NCBI GenBank assembly: GCA_964016885.1
Contig: OZ024742.1
Coordinates: forward strand, 378,840,119 to 378,904,118
Source of the DNA: Eledone cirrhosa
Taxonomy: Eukaryota
Length of the DNA: 64,000 nt
Direction of reading: 5' to 3'
Made by a program: the position numbers and the translations under genes. The notes under the pieces are model-generated. The model was not told the origin of the DNA, ran no database searches, and was given only the letters and a program-made list of their open reading frames with translations. Of this stretch, positions 38,094-49,857 are shown piece by piece; positions within the stretch are counted from its first letter, which is position 1; each line of letters opens with the position of its first letter.

Positions 38094-38118
38094 AAACAGT
38101 TCTAGTCCTGTAGAATCT
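38068..38118 (+). ncRNA. Intact-looking type-I hammerhead ribozyme
   Basis: AGATTC CTGATGA t-TTCT-aa-AGAA-t GAAAC AG-ttctagtc-CT GTA GAATCT. Six-bp stem I, complete core, GUA triplet, TATA-like box ~30 nt upstream. Confidence 0.85.
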
Positions 38119-38204
38119 CATCTATATTAAAACTTTTATACTCTGCTATGTATTGAGTATCTTACTTACTGTGGTTACCTCCGATTCAACCCGGAATAAC
38201 GTAC

Positions 38205-38288
<84 letters not shown>

Positions 38289-38452
38289 GGGATAACAAGT
38301 TATCGTTGTAGGCTTTGAGGTAGTCCTGTTAGAGCACTCGGTGTTGTGGACGGTATTAACGTGTGGCTTAGTTTGACTCAACAAGAGGCTTCCATAGTGA
38401 TGCACTGAGTTCACGGTGATTTCTATGTAGGTTATACTTGGAGTAATAATAA
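38289..38452 (+). mobile_element. Short dispersed element (relative of 28599-28762)
   Basis: Shared termini with a diverged interior. Confidence 0.6.
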
Positions 38453-38499
38453 TTCAAGAAATAAGAGTAACATGGTAGTCTGTACAATAAGGTATGTAC

Positions 38500-39895
38500 A
38501 CAGACATTCAATGAAGAACCGTGCACTGGTGAATTCCACTACCCTCGCCAATAAAATCTGGCAACTTAAGAACAAAAACCTTGATTACAATATTAGCTGG
38601 TCGAAATTAGCGGCCGCAAAGGCCTATAGCAGCGGTATGTCCCATTGCGGGCTCTGCAACCTTGAATTGCTACATATCTTAAGATACGATAAAATGCTGC
38701 TTAACAGCAAAATAGAAAAGTCAATTTTCTGCAGACATAGGATTGCTACTAAATTTACGAGATTTAAACCTCCGTGATTCGAACCAGTATCCCCAAACTT
38801 AATGGAAAATCACTTAGAATTTAACGTATGAAAATCCGCATTCTCACACAGCCTGCTTCAGAACCATAATCTTTTATAAACACCTTCCAGCCTCCCTACA
38901 TCTATACCACCGAGAAGGGGCAGTAATATCTACAAACATCTACCAATTATCATGTCAGCCCATAAATAAATCTAACCTTTGCTGTTGTTTATTATTTCGG
39001 ACCAAACAATTATATCTACATATCTCATATTAGCACCCATGATCTCTAACAGATGAACTTAATTCTAAGTACATTATCTTATTACCCGTACACTCCTTGT
39101 AACTCTTATTTTCTCACTTTCTTCTTATTACTATTATGATCATCTCAATGTACCCTATCCCTAATTTTATTCATCATGTTCTCTATCTATTTACGATGCA
39201 TATTTTATTGCTGATTTATTGTCTTAATTATACGCTATTTGTCATCGAAGTTGTGAAAACTAAACCCCCATGATTCGAACTAGCAATCCCAACATTCAGA
39301 ATAAGTCACTTAAACCTTAAAATACTGAATCTAAAATTTCACTTAATACTACCTAAGAACCATATATCTATCAATAACTAAGTTAATACAACGTAAATAC
39401 TTATCTATCAGACCATAAATCTACCTCCGGTTTATTGCTAGCGTGCCTTAGACCCACAGTGCACTTGTATCTAGATCACTCATAATTGCACTTAAAGGGA
39501 CAAATTCCCAAAATCTGACTCTGGGTACGTTTTATTAGTTATCTTTTCATCCCTTAAAAACTACACCTAAAGTAACCTATAGTTTTCACATGTCAACTTC
39601 ATACATCTGTATCATATCAGTTCGGTTACCATGCTAGATTTATCATTTTCTCACTTATATTGTTGTTATTAATTTAACTATTCAGTATCTATTTATTTTG
39701 TTATTGATATTATTGTTCTGGTCTAATACCACTCCTCTATAAAAGCCATGCCTTGTGTACATTATCCTCACATTCGCTTGCTCTGATGAATTAACTGGTT
39801 ATAAACAAAGTATTGGAGATCGATTGACGCAACATCTAGCGATTAGCGAACTCTAGACCTACCAGCTCAAAGAAACAATTGTCAGCACTGTGAAT
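38500..39895 (+). mobile_element. Penelope-like element 3' part: endonuclease C-terminus, 3' UTR and pLTR start
   Basis: STTLANKIWQLKNKNLDYNISW...AKAY...CGLC.LE...LLN...CRHR resembles the Cys/His-bearing C-terminus of PLE GIY-YIG endonucleases. TATAAAA at 39738 precedes a hammerhead. Confidence 0.75.
39768..39893 (+). ncRNA. Type-I hammerhead with ~80-nt expanded stem II
   Basis: TGCT CTGATGA (39783-89) ... CTGGT/ACCAG ... GAAAC (39872-76) AATT GTC AGCA. Palindromic stem III ACAATTGT. Distal pairing TCACA/TGTGA. Confidence 0.7.
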
Positions 39896-40324
39896 ATATA
39901 ATATATGATAGTGAGAGAGAGAAGAGAGAAGAGAAGAAGGACACAAATAGTGAGAGAGAGAGAAGGAAACAAGCGAAGATGAATGAAAAGCTTATATAAC
40001 GTGAATTTGAGGGAAATATATTCGAACAATTATCTATGTATATATGTAAGTATATATTTAGTATGTGTATTTATATTAAAAGATATTTTACGATTATTAG
40101 TTGTTTAAAATTTGTTTATAATATAATATGAGTCACGAGGGATGTTTTTCATTTGTTTTAAGTAGATAAATAAATAAAATAATAATAAATGGGTATATCA
40201 TGTTATAGATAGTTGTTCTAATGAGTTATGAGGGATATTGGTTTTGTATTTTATGTAAATAAATATGTATTTAAAATTGAGAATGATTTAAAATTAAATT
40301 AAATTAAATTAACTGAGTTAAGTA

Positions 40325-40506
40325 ATAATTGTTTCTACTTTTGGCACAAGGCCAGCAATTATCCCAGTGTATTACTGGTACTTTATTTTATCGACCCCGT
40401 AAGGATGAAAGGCAAAGTTAATCTCGGCGGGATTTGAACTCAGAATGGCAAGGGCCGTAACTCTATGCGTCAAAGCATGGCGTCCGACCCTCTACCGATA
40501 CTGCTA
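40325..40506 (-). mobile_element. tRNA-derived SINE
   Basis: Nearly identical to 28761-28946. Confidence 0.9.
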
Positions 40507-40509
40507 AGT

Positions 40510-41262
40510 AATAATATTTATATTTATCAGATTGAAAAGGGAAAATAAAGAAAAAATTCCGATTTTATTTATTTATTCGTTAGTGTGAGACTATTTAGTC
40601 AAAATAAGTATGGATGTTTAAGATACATTTAGCTAGAATCAGTTAGTGGTTATTAATCTATTGAAAAAATATTGAAAAAATATTGAATAAATAAAAAAAA
40701 AATTAAAAAGAAATTTTGAAAAAACCTTGAAAAAGTTTCTTGAGAAAATTAAAACAAAAAAACAAAAAAAAACAAAAAATAAGAGATAAGTAATTTTTTA
40801 AAGAAATAAAAAATTAAAAATATATTAAAATTTAAATTTAAAAATTAGAATTTTATACGTATATATTATATGAAAATTTTTAAGAATTGGAAGTACAGCA
40901 AATGTTAGAGATATGATTTAGAGATATCAATATATTAAAACCAAGTAGATGAGATTGTTATGGAGATTAATAGGAATATTATAAGTTATATATAGTTCTG
41001 AATGTTGAATTCTGGCGATGTCTACAAGAATGAAATAAATTCGTTCTTAGATTAATAGAGTTTTTACAGTTAAGTATATAAAAAATTTCCTCAATACACA
41101 ATTTACATAATCTAGATAAAGCTGTGTTTCGGTATGCGGGTGCTTCTGAAACTGTTTTCCAAGCTAATGAATAGTCTATATTCTTGCATTTTAAGTTCCA
41201 TATCAGGTTTGAAAGAGTAGTTGAAGATTTTTTATCAAATCTTCGAAAAGAAAAATTGTGGT
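40510..41262 (-). mobile_element. Second Penelope-like endonuclease C-terminal remnant
   Basis: HNFSFR...STTLSNLIWNLK.KNIDYSLAWK...AY...CKLC.EE...INLR....CRHR is paralogous to ORF 38472-38777. An AT-rich UTR follows. Confidence 0.75.
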
Positions 41263-41271
41263 TACTCTCTC

Positions 41272-41345
<74 letters not shown>

Positions 41346-41971
41346 ACTATAAACAATTTAATTCTCTTTAACTCCCTACACTGTAAATTGACGACATCAA
41401 GTCTACGAATCAAAACTGATCGAGGAATCCTTCCATCTTTACCCCTCCCTCCATCTCCGTTTGTCCCTCTACTTCCTAATTCTTCTCCCCCTTCTTCTCT
41501 CTCTATACTAGTAAATACGATTCCCCAAAAATGTTTTTTTTTATATATTAAGAACCTTTTACAAGTAACTTATTCATTATTTTGAAAATTTTGAGGTGAA
41601 TAACAGTTATTATCGAGTGGCTCCTATTTACAGTATAGCAATATAAGGTTGCGCTTACCAATGAAACGGTCGTAAATACTCGGATAAAATCCTTTTTTTA
41701 AGGCTTACCTGTGTTTTCTCTTTTATTTTTTATACTCCAAGATTGAACGTGATTTACTAACCACATTCTTGCAAACTTGTAGAGTTACCCCTAGCCGTAC
41801 GTTGAAACCGTCCAAGAAACTGGCTATCTTAACCACGAACTGGATTACAATAAGTAATTTTCTGCTTTCCTAACTATATATATATATATTAGAGTCTAGA
41901 AATAGCCGTCGAAACGGATTGAACTCTGCCGTCGGGGTCATACTTTTTCCTATATATATATTATTTATTTT

Positions 41972-42120
41972 AGTTTCAGAAGATCCCGTTAAGGGTGAAA
42001 GCAGCGATTCTTTGCATAAACTTTAATCTGTTATTTTAATAAATATTTGCTCTAGGGTTCTTATATATTTGATATATATTTATCCTTATCGAGCCCTCTT
42101 TGGATTTTAGTCTTCAAATT
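41972..42120 (+). mobile_element. pLTR-like fragment with degenerate hammerhead
   Basis: AGTTT CAGAAGA t-CCC-gttaa-GGG-t GAAA GCA...TGC AT AAACT, with the core U mutated to A. The sister copy at ~18995 reads GC TT AAACT. Confidence 0.6.
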
Positions 42121-42145
42121 TATTATTATTACTATATATATATAT

Positions 42146-42181
<36 letters not shown>

Positions 42182-42299
42182 GCATACATATATATACATA
42201 CGTACATACATGCATATATATATGCGTGTGTGTCTATACACACACAAAGGCATACATATTTATTTGTATATCGGGCTTTATATACTGACATCATAGAAC

Positions 42300-42691
42300 A
42301 TATATGTATATATGTGAGTGTGAGTGCGTAGAGTGTATATGTGTGTGCGTAGGGGGTCTGTGTGTACGTGTGTGTGTGTGTGTGTATGTGTGCCTGCTTG
42401 CAGGTAGGTGTATATATGTGCGTATGTATATGTGTGTGCGTGGTGTGCTCTGCATGTCATGTGTGCGTGTGTATGTCTGTGTGTATGTGTCGTCATGCAG
42501 GTGGTTGTGAATATGTGTGGATATATATGCGTGTGTGTATGGGGGATCTGCATCTCATGGAGTATGTCTGTGTGTATGTGCGTTGTGCATGTGTGTATGT
42601 GTGTGTATATGCGTGTGCATGTGTGTGTGTGTATGTGTTTTCCTTCATGCAGGTATTTGTGTATATGTGTATATATACATATATACATATG

Positions 42692-42738
<47 letters not shown>

Positions 42739-42753
42739 CTCCATGCAGGTATT

Positions 42754-42799
<46 letters not shown>

Positions 42800-42851
42800 T
42801 GTATATATATGTGTGTGTGTGTGTGTGCGTGCGCGCCTCCATGCAGGTATT

Positions 42852-42903
<52 letters not shown>

Positions 42904-43453
42904 TATATATATATGTATATATATGTGTGTGGGGGGGGTGCGCCTCCATGCAGATAGTTGTGTATATATAGGTATGTATATATGGGTGTACATAGCAACA
43001 TGTATACACCCCTATAGGTAAAGCAGTACTGATATAGAATGCTTAAAACCGCCTCTCCATATATCCATGAAATTCTGATAACTAACAAATGTTGCTCTTA
43101 GATCAAACAATAAAATAAAGGTTTTATTTTTTGTAAAGAAAATCTAGGAATGTTGTATGATTGTATTTTAAAGAAGAGTTTGGGGAGAACTTCCGCTGCT
43201 GGTTGCAGCGGCAACTCTCTGCTATAGACTGATAGACAAAATCGAAACTTCATTAAATCTTAGATATATCAATAAAAACGTTGGCTCACAGTTATATTGG
43301 ATATATATATGTGTGTATATGGATATATAAATGTGTGTCTGTGTGTGTATAAATATATACATGTGTGTGTGTATAGATATATATATAAATGTGTGTGCGT
43401 GTGTGTGTATCTGTGTGTAAATATATATATAAATGTGTGTGTGTATAAATATA

Positions 43454-43491
<38 letters not shown>

Positions 43492-43563
43492 AATGTGTTT
43501 GTATAAATATATATATGTGTGTGTAAATATATATATAAATGTGTGTGTGTGTGTATAAATATA

Positions 43564-43609
<46 letters not shown>

Positions 43610-43718
43610 TGTGTATAAATATATATATATGTGTGTGTATGTGTGTGTAAATATATATATAAATGTGTGTGTGTGTATGTGTAAATACATATATAAATGT
43701 GTGTGTGTGTGTAAATAC

Positions 43719-43758
<40 letters not shown>

Positions 43759-43785
43759 ATAAATAAATATATATATATATATAAA
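42300..43785. repeat. Compound TA/TG microsatellite-derived tracts
   Basis: Recurring CATGCAGGTATTTGTGTAT and TATAAATATATA-(TG)n units. Confidence 0.85.
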
Positions 43786-44532
43786 TGAAAAGTGTAGAAA
43801 GTATTGTAGCAAGAAGTCAACAGTATTTCATAATATATAAGTGACTATAACGTCAAAATGGGAAAATAATCAACGTAAGATGTGGGAAAATAATTCAAAC
43901 TCAATTTTAAAAAAAACCAAGACATAGATTTATCCACAGAATTTTGTGAAATCCAGGGAAAAACCAATAGAGCCTTAACTCAGAATAAAATAAAGTTTAA
44001 ATACTCATCCTTCAATTTGAAAAAACTACAAATGCTCTGTATAGTCTTAAAAAGACTATTTCACGAAACTTTCAATGGGAATGGTCACGGTTGGAATCGA
44101 TCATCAGCAGAGCTAAAAAACACGATAACCCTAGCTCCACTGTTTATAATATGCCAAAAGGGGAATTTAAAAGCAGGCTAGTTCAACATCATGCGGAATT
44201 ATGAAAATAAACGCACATGTAGAGACATGGATCGTGACGTCAGAATGAGACGAATGTCTGTTTACATGAAACAGCAGTCAAAAAACATTCCGAAAAAAAC
44301 TCTACAAATGTAAGGAGTTCAGCAAAAAGCAATATTATCGCGGGGGGTTTTTTAAAAGACCGGGATTAGTCACAAATAATTTTAAGCACTCTAGGAAAGA
44401 ATTCCGAGTATAAATATAAATGAAAAGTATAGAAATTATCGTGAGCGTGAAATTATTGTGTATGGCCATAGATGAGTCATCGAGAAGCAGTCGCTAAGAT
44501 CAACACCTTTTCATCAAAGCAGATATTATTTT

Positions 44533-45090
44533 ACCTACCCAGGCAACGCGTTGCGGGGGAGGGTGGTGATGACCTCTATCACTGAGAAACACGGGTGACT
44601 GACGAAGGGGCATGCTGGGGGAGGGAGGTAATGACCTCTAACACTAAGCCAAATTTCCTCACGCTACTTGATTGGAAACCGATGAATTCTCAAATAGACA
44701 ACTAAAAGCTCAGGCGACGTCAGTGGCCATCGTTTTGCCTTTGACCATCTATAAGATGTGCAATGATGGGTTATATCGTAGTATAAAAGTTGAACCAAAT
44801 AAATTGATTTATGTGTGAGGTGTAGTCGAAGTTTCGAATTTGAACGAAATCGGTTGGAAAATGTGGGAGCTAGAGCCAAAAATCTTATTTTTCGATACCT
44901 AAAAAAAGGTGACACATCTATCGATTTTTATCTGCAGAATGACCCTGGAATAAAACAAAAAACGATACGCTGTTATATAGAAACCACTCCCCAGTGACTA
45001 ATCTATGAGCCTGTAAAGATTCATGAAAATCGGTCGTAAGATGTAGGCCCCTATAGGTAACACACATACTTAATTTTATATATATACAGA
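44533..45090 (-). mobile_element. Probable non-autonomous Helitron
   Basis: Minus strand begins A|TCTGTATATATATAAAA, like the 20246-20848 element. Subterminal palindrome GCAACGCGTTGC. Terminal CTAG is not intact. Confidence 0.55.
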
Positions 45091-45215
45091 TATATGTGTG
45101 TGTGTAAATAAATATATATATATATGTGTGTGTGCGTATGTGTATAAATATATATGTGTGTGTGTGTGTGTGTATAAATATATATATATATGTGGGTGTG
45201 TATGTGTGTGTATGA

Positions 45216-45249
<34 letters not shown>

Positions 45250-45299
45250 ATGTGTATAAATATATATATATATGTGTGTGTATGTGTATAAATATATAT

Positions 45300-45330
<31 letters not shown>

Positions 45331-45589
45331 ATAAATATATATATATGTGTGTGTGGATTTCTATATATGCTTTGAACGATGCGTCGCCTTATATATAAAC
45401 ATATGCATAAAACCTTTCTTTCTTATATATATACATGTGTGTGTAGTGTGTGTGTGTGTGTACATATGTGTGTGTGTGTTTGTGTGCACATGTGTGTGTG
45501 TGTGTTTGTGTGCACATGTGTGTGTGTGTAGTAAATAGATCCTCCGTCACTTTCGAAGGTGAGTTCTCCAGTTGAGTGTTCAGAGGGAA

Positions 45590-45863
45590 GTTATTGTATA
45601 TGTATGTATATATGTGTATGTTTATATGTGTATGTTTATATGTATATGTATATATGTGTATATATGTGTATGTTTATATGTGTATGTTTATATGTATATG
45701 TATATATGTGTATGTATATATGTGTATGTTTATATGTGTATGTATATATGTATATGTATATATGTGTATGTATGTATGTGTATGTATATATGTGTATGTA
45801 TATATGTGTATGTTATATGTGTATGTATATATGTGTATGTAAATATGTGTATGTAAGTATGTG

Positions 45864-45917
<54 letters not shown>

Positions 45918-46920
45918 AATATGTGTTGGTATATTTATTTATGTATATATGTGTATATGAGTTTGAGTATGTGTGTCTGTATCTGTGTCTGTGTGTCTGT
46001 GTATGTGTCTGTGTCTGTGCCTGTGTGTTTGTGTCTGTGTCTGTGTCTGTGTTTGTGTCTTTGTCTGTGTCTGTGTCTGTGTGTCTGTCTGTGTCTGCGT
46101 CTGTGTATGTGTATGAGTGTATGTGTCTGTGTCTGTGTCTGTGTCTGTGTCTGAGTGTCTGTGTCTGTGTGTCTGTGTCTGTGTCTGTGTCTGTGAGTCT
46201 GTGTCTGTGTGTTTGTGTCTGTGTCTGTGTCTGTGTGTCTGTGTGCCTGTGTGTATGTGTGTCTGTGTCTGTGCGTCTGTGTGTCTCTGTGTGTCTCTGT
46301 GTGTGTCTGTGTCTGTGTGTCTGTGTCTGTGTGTTTGTGTCTGTGTTTGTGTCTGTGTCTGTGTCTGTGTGTCTGTGTCTGTGTCTGTGTGTCTGTGTCT
46401 GTGTCTGTGTCTGTGTCTGTGTCTGTGTCTGTGTCTGTGTATCTGTATCTGTGTCTGTGTCTGTGTCTGTGTCTGTGTCTGTGTCTGTGTGTCTGTGTCT
46501 GTGTCTGTGTATGTGTCTGTGTCTGTGTCTGTGTCTGTGTGTTTGTGTCTGTGTTTGTGTCTGTGTCTGTGTATGTGTGTCTGTGTCTGTGTATGTGTCT
46601 GTGTCTGTGTCTGTGTCTGTGTATGTGTATGTGTCTGTGTCTGTGTCTGTGTATGTGTATGTGTGTCTGTGTATGTGTATGTGTGTCTGTGTCTGTGTAT
46701 GTGTCTGTGTCTGTGTCTGTGTCTGTGTCTGTGTATGTGTATGTGTATGTGTATGTGTCTGTGTCTGTGTATGTGTATGTGTATGTGTATGTGTGTCTGT
46801 GTCTGTGTGTTTGTGTCTGTGTCTCTGTCTGTGAGTCTGTCTCTGTGTCTGTGTGTCTGTGTGTCTGTGTGTCTGTGTGTCTGTGTGGCTGTGTCCACGT
46901 GTCTGTGTGTCTGTGTATCA
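45590..46920. repeat. (TATG)n then (TGTGTC)n simple-sequence satellite
   Basis: Direct inspection. Confidence 0.95.
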
Positions 46921-47016
46921 GTAAGTCTGTGTGTCAGTGTTTATCGGGGGCAATGGACAATATTATTAGGGTTATTGTTTTCTTCTGTTATCTCGGTTAA
47001 TATTATTAAGTTACTA

Positions 47017-47202
47017 TGGATTGGCAGTATCGGTAGAGGGTCGGACGCCATGCTTTGATGCATAGAGTTACGGCCCTTGCTATTCTGAGTTCAAATCCCG
47101 CCGAGGTTAACTTTGCCTTTCATCCTTACGGGGTCGATAAAATAAAGTACCAGTAATGTACTGGGTAATTTCTGGCCTTGTGCCAATAGTAGAAACAATT
47201 AT
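47017..47202 (+). mobile_element. tRNA-derived SINE
   Basis: A box, B box and core as in the other copies. Confidence 0.9.
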
Positions 47203-47289
47203 TAAGTTACTAACTATTCCTGTTATAAGGTAGTGTAGAAATTACTTAATATTGTTAAGTTAGTTAACATAATCCCTGGAAAGAAACAA

Positions 47290-47534
47290 TGTTGTTATTA
47301 ATAAAAAGAGTTGAAATAAATGCATACAAAATTTCACAGCTCTAGCATCACTCCGTAAGCTGACCAAGATACTCTCATGGAATGACCAAATGAGGTTTAT
47401 TTTTCAACATAGTTCCGAGATAGAAACAATGCAGTCAGTAAAAAGAAAAGTTGAAATTAATACATGCAAGATTTCACAGCCCTAACATCACTCTTTCATA
47501 GTCAGTCTATGAACCTTTCAGCTGACCCTCGTAT
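47290..47534. mobile_element. Tc1/mariner-type terminal fragment
   Basis: Ends TATGAACCTTTCAGCTGACCCTCG-TA, whose reverse complement TA-CGAGGG... is a typical mariner TIR start. The partner TIR is not found. Confidence 0.5.
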
Positions 47535-48767
47535 ATAGAACTGTAGGTGAAGAACAGTTGATATTAGATGTGAAAGAAAGTAAGAAGTTCTGAGGAAAAA
47601 TTTGGCACAAAGAAATCCTTCATAATATTAATCCTGAATTGTTAAAGATATTTGAAATCTAGTCAAAACCAATAATCAATAGCTAAGGAAATATACATGT
47701 TACAATGGAGTAATCAAACAACGTAGCAAGACTTTGGTAACAAGACTCTGGTGGTGTTCAATGATATTGGTTAGAGAGATTGAAATGACTGCAAGAGAGA
47801 AGATCAGTTGAACTGAACAACATAATAAGCAGTGAGAATAAGTTGCCTGTATTGATGACACACAGAACGATTGATTTGGGGGAGTTAAAAGAAACACTGA
47901 CAATAGTTTTAGTTCAATATCATGGCTGTCTTTGATGTGGAAACTTTTAATTGGAATCATTGCATGCAATATATATTTACTTTAGCAGAAGAACTAAAGG
48001 GCTTTTGTAGGAAAAACAGAAGAACTAATGACAGGCTTTTAATAGATAAGATTATATTAAAGACACTGAATTAAAATAAAAGCCATGCAAATTTGACAAT
48101 GACCTGGGTAGACTATAAAGAAAGTGTATAATTTGGTTCACCTTCCACCACTACCACTTATTCCAACTCCCACCACTACCACCTATTCCACATCCCACCA
48201 CTACCACTTATTCCACCTCCCACCACCACCACATGCCCCCCCTGCACCTCCCACCACCACCACATATCCCACCACCACCAGCCCCACCTATTATTTGTGA
48301 CCCTACAGCAATCAATGATGTTTATAGGATGAACAACTGCATACCAGTCAGCCTTATTTAGTTTAAGTCCCTCATTTGTTGCTATATCATTTCTCTCTCT
48401 CTCCCTCTCTCTCCCTCACTCCCTCTCTCGCTCTCTCTGTCACCCCCACCCTTTCTTCTATCCCTCCTTCTCCCTCTCTCCCTCTCTCCCTCCCTCTCTC
48501 TATCACCCCTCGCCCCTCTCTCTCACTCCGCTCTCTCTCTCCCTCGCTCTCTCTGTCACCCCTTCTCTCTTATATCCCTCTCCCTCTCGTTGTTTACATC
48601 ACATTTTATGTTTACTTCTTTTGCTAAACATAATACCTGTTTGTTTATCCTTCCTTTTCTCTTGTTTAACATTTTCTATGTCACAACATAGCCCCCACCC
48701 CCACCCTTTCATTTTTTTCAAGGATCTGATTTATTTGCAAGTATGTTTTCTTGGTTTCGATCCTTTA

Positions 48768-49615
48768 TTATCATTATCACTACCATCACCATCACCATCA
48801 CCATCACCATCACCATCACCATCACTACCATCACCATCACCATCACCATCACTACCATCACCATCACCATCACCATCACCATCACCATCACCATCACCAT
48901 CACTACCATCATCACCATCACCATCACCACCATCATCACCATCACCATCACCATCACTACCATCATCACCATCACCATCACCATCACTACCATCATCACC
49001 ATCACCATCACTATCACTACCATCATCACCATCACCATCACCATCACTACCATCATCACCATCACCATCACCATCACCATCACCATCACTACCATCACCA
49101 TCACTACCATCACCATCACCATCACCATCACCATCACCATCACTACCATCATCACCATCACCATCACCATCACCATCACTACCATCATCACCATCACCAT
49201 CACCATCACCACAACCATCACCATCAGCATCACCACCACCATCACCACCACCATCACCATCTCCACCACCATCACCATCACTACCATCATCACCATCACC
49301 ATCAACACAACCATCACCATCAGCATCACCATCACTACCATCATCACCATCACCATTACCACAACCATCACTACCATCACCATCATCATCACCATCACTA
49401 CCATCACCATCACCATCACCATCACTACCATCACCATCATCATCACTATCACTACCATCACCATCACCATCACTACCATCACCATCGCCATCATCATTAC
49501 GATCACTACCATCACAATCACTACCATCATCATCACCATCATCATCACAATCACTACCATCATCAACATCACCATCACTACCATCACCATCACATCATCA
49601 TCATCATCATCATTA
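48768..49615. repeat. (CACCAT/CAT)n low-complexity repeat
   Basis: Hexamer/trimer repeat; the poly-His and Ser-Pro ORFs are its translations. Confidence 0.95.
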
Positions 49616-49857
49616 CTATAATTTATGTATTTCTCCTCCTTTTAATATTTACTTGGTACACATTGCGCATGTCATGTTTCTTTTACTGTGGAGTCATTTA
49701 ATCCTCTGTTTTTTTGTGACCAAATCTTTTCTCTAATTTATGGAATCGCTGCTTAACTCTTTCTTTTCTAGAAATGTTTCTAATCTTCTTTCCTTTTATT
49801 TCAATATCTCAGTATTTTAGGGAGATTTTTATTCTATTTATAATATTTATAATATCA

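Noticed and set aside
41578-41678. Degenerate long-stem-II hammerhead (TATT TTGAAAA ... GAAAC GGTC GTA AATA)
   Set aside because: Two core substitutions in AT-rich sequence. Kept only as a possibility, not called as a feature.
48621-49736. Ser/Pro extensin-like or poly-His protein
   Set aside because: A simple CACCAT repeat open in several frames on both strands, with no supporting gene structure.
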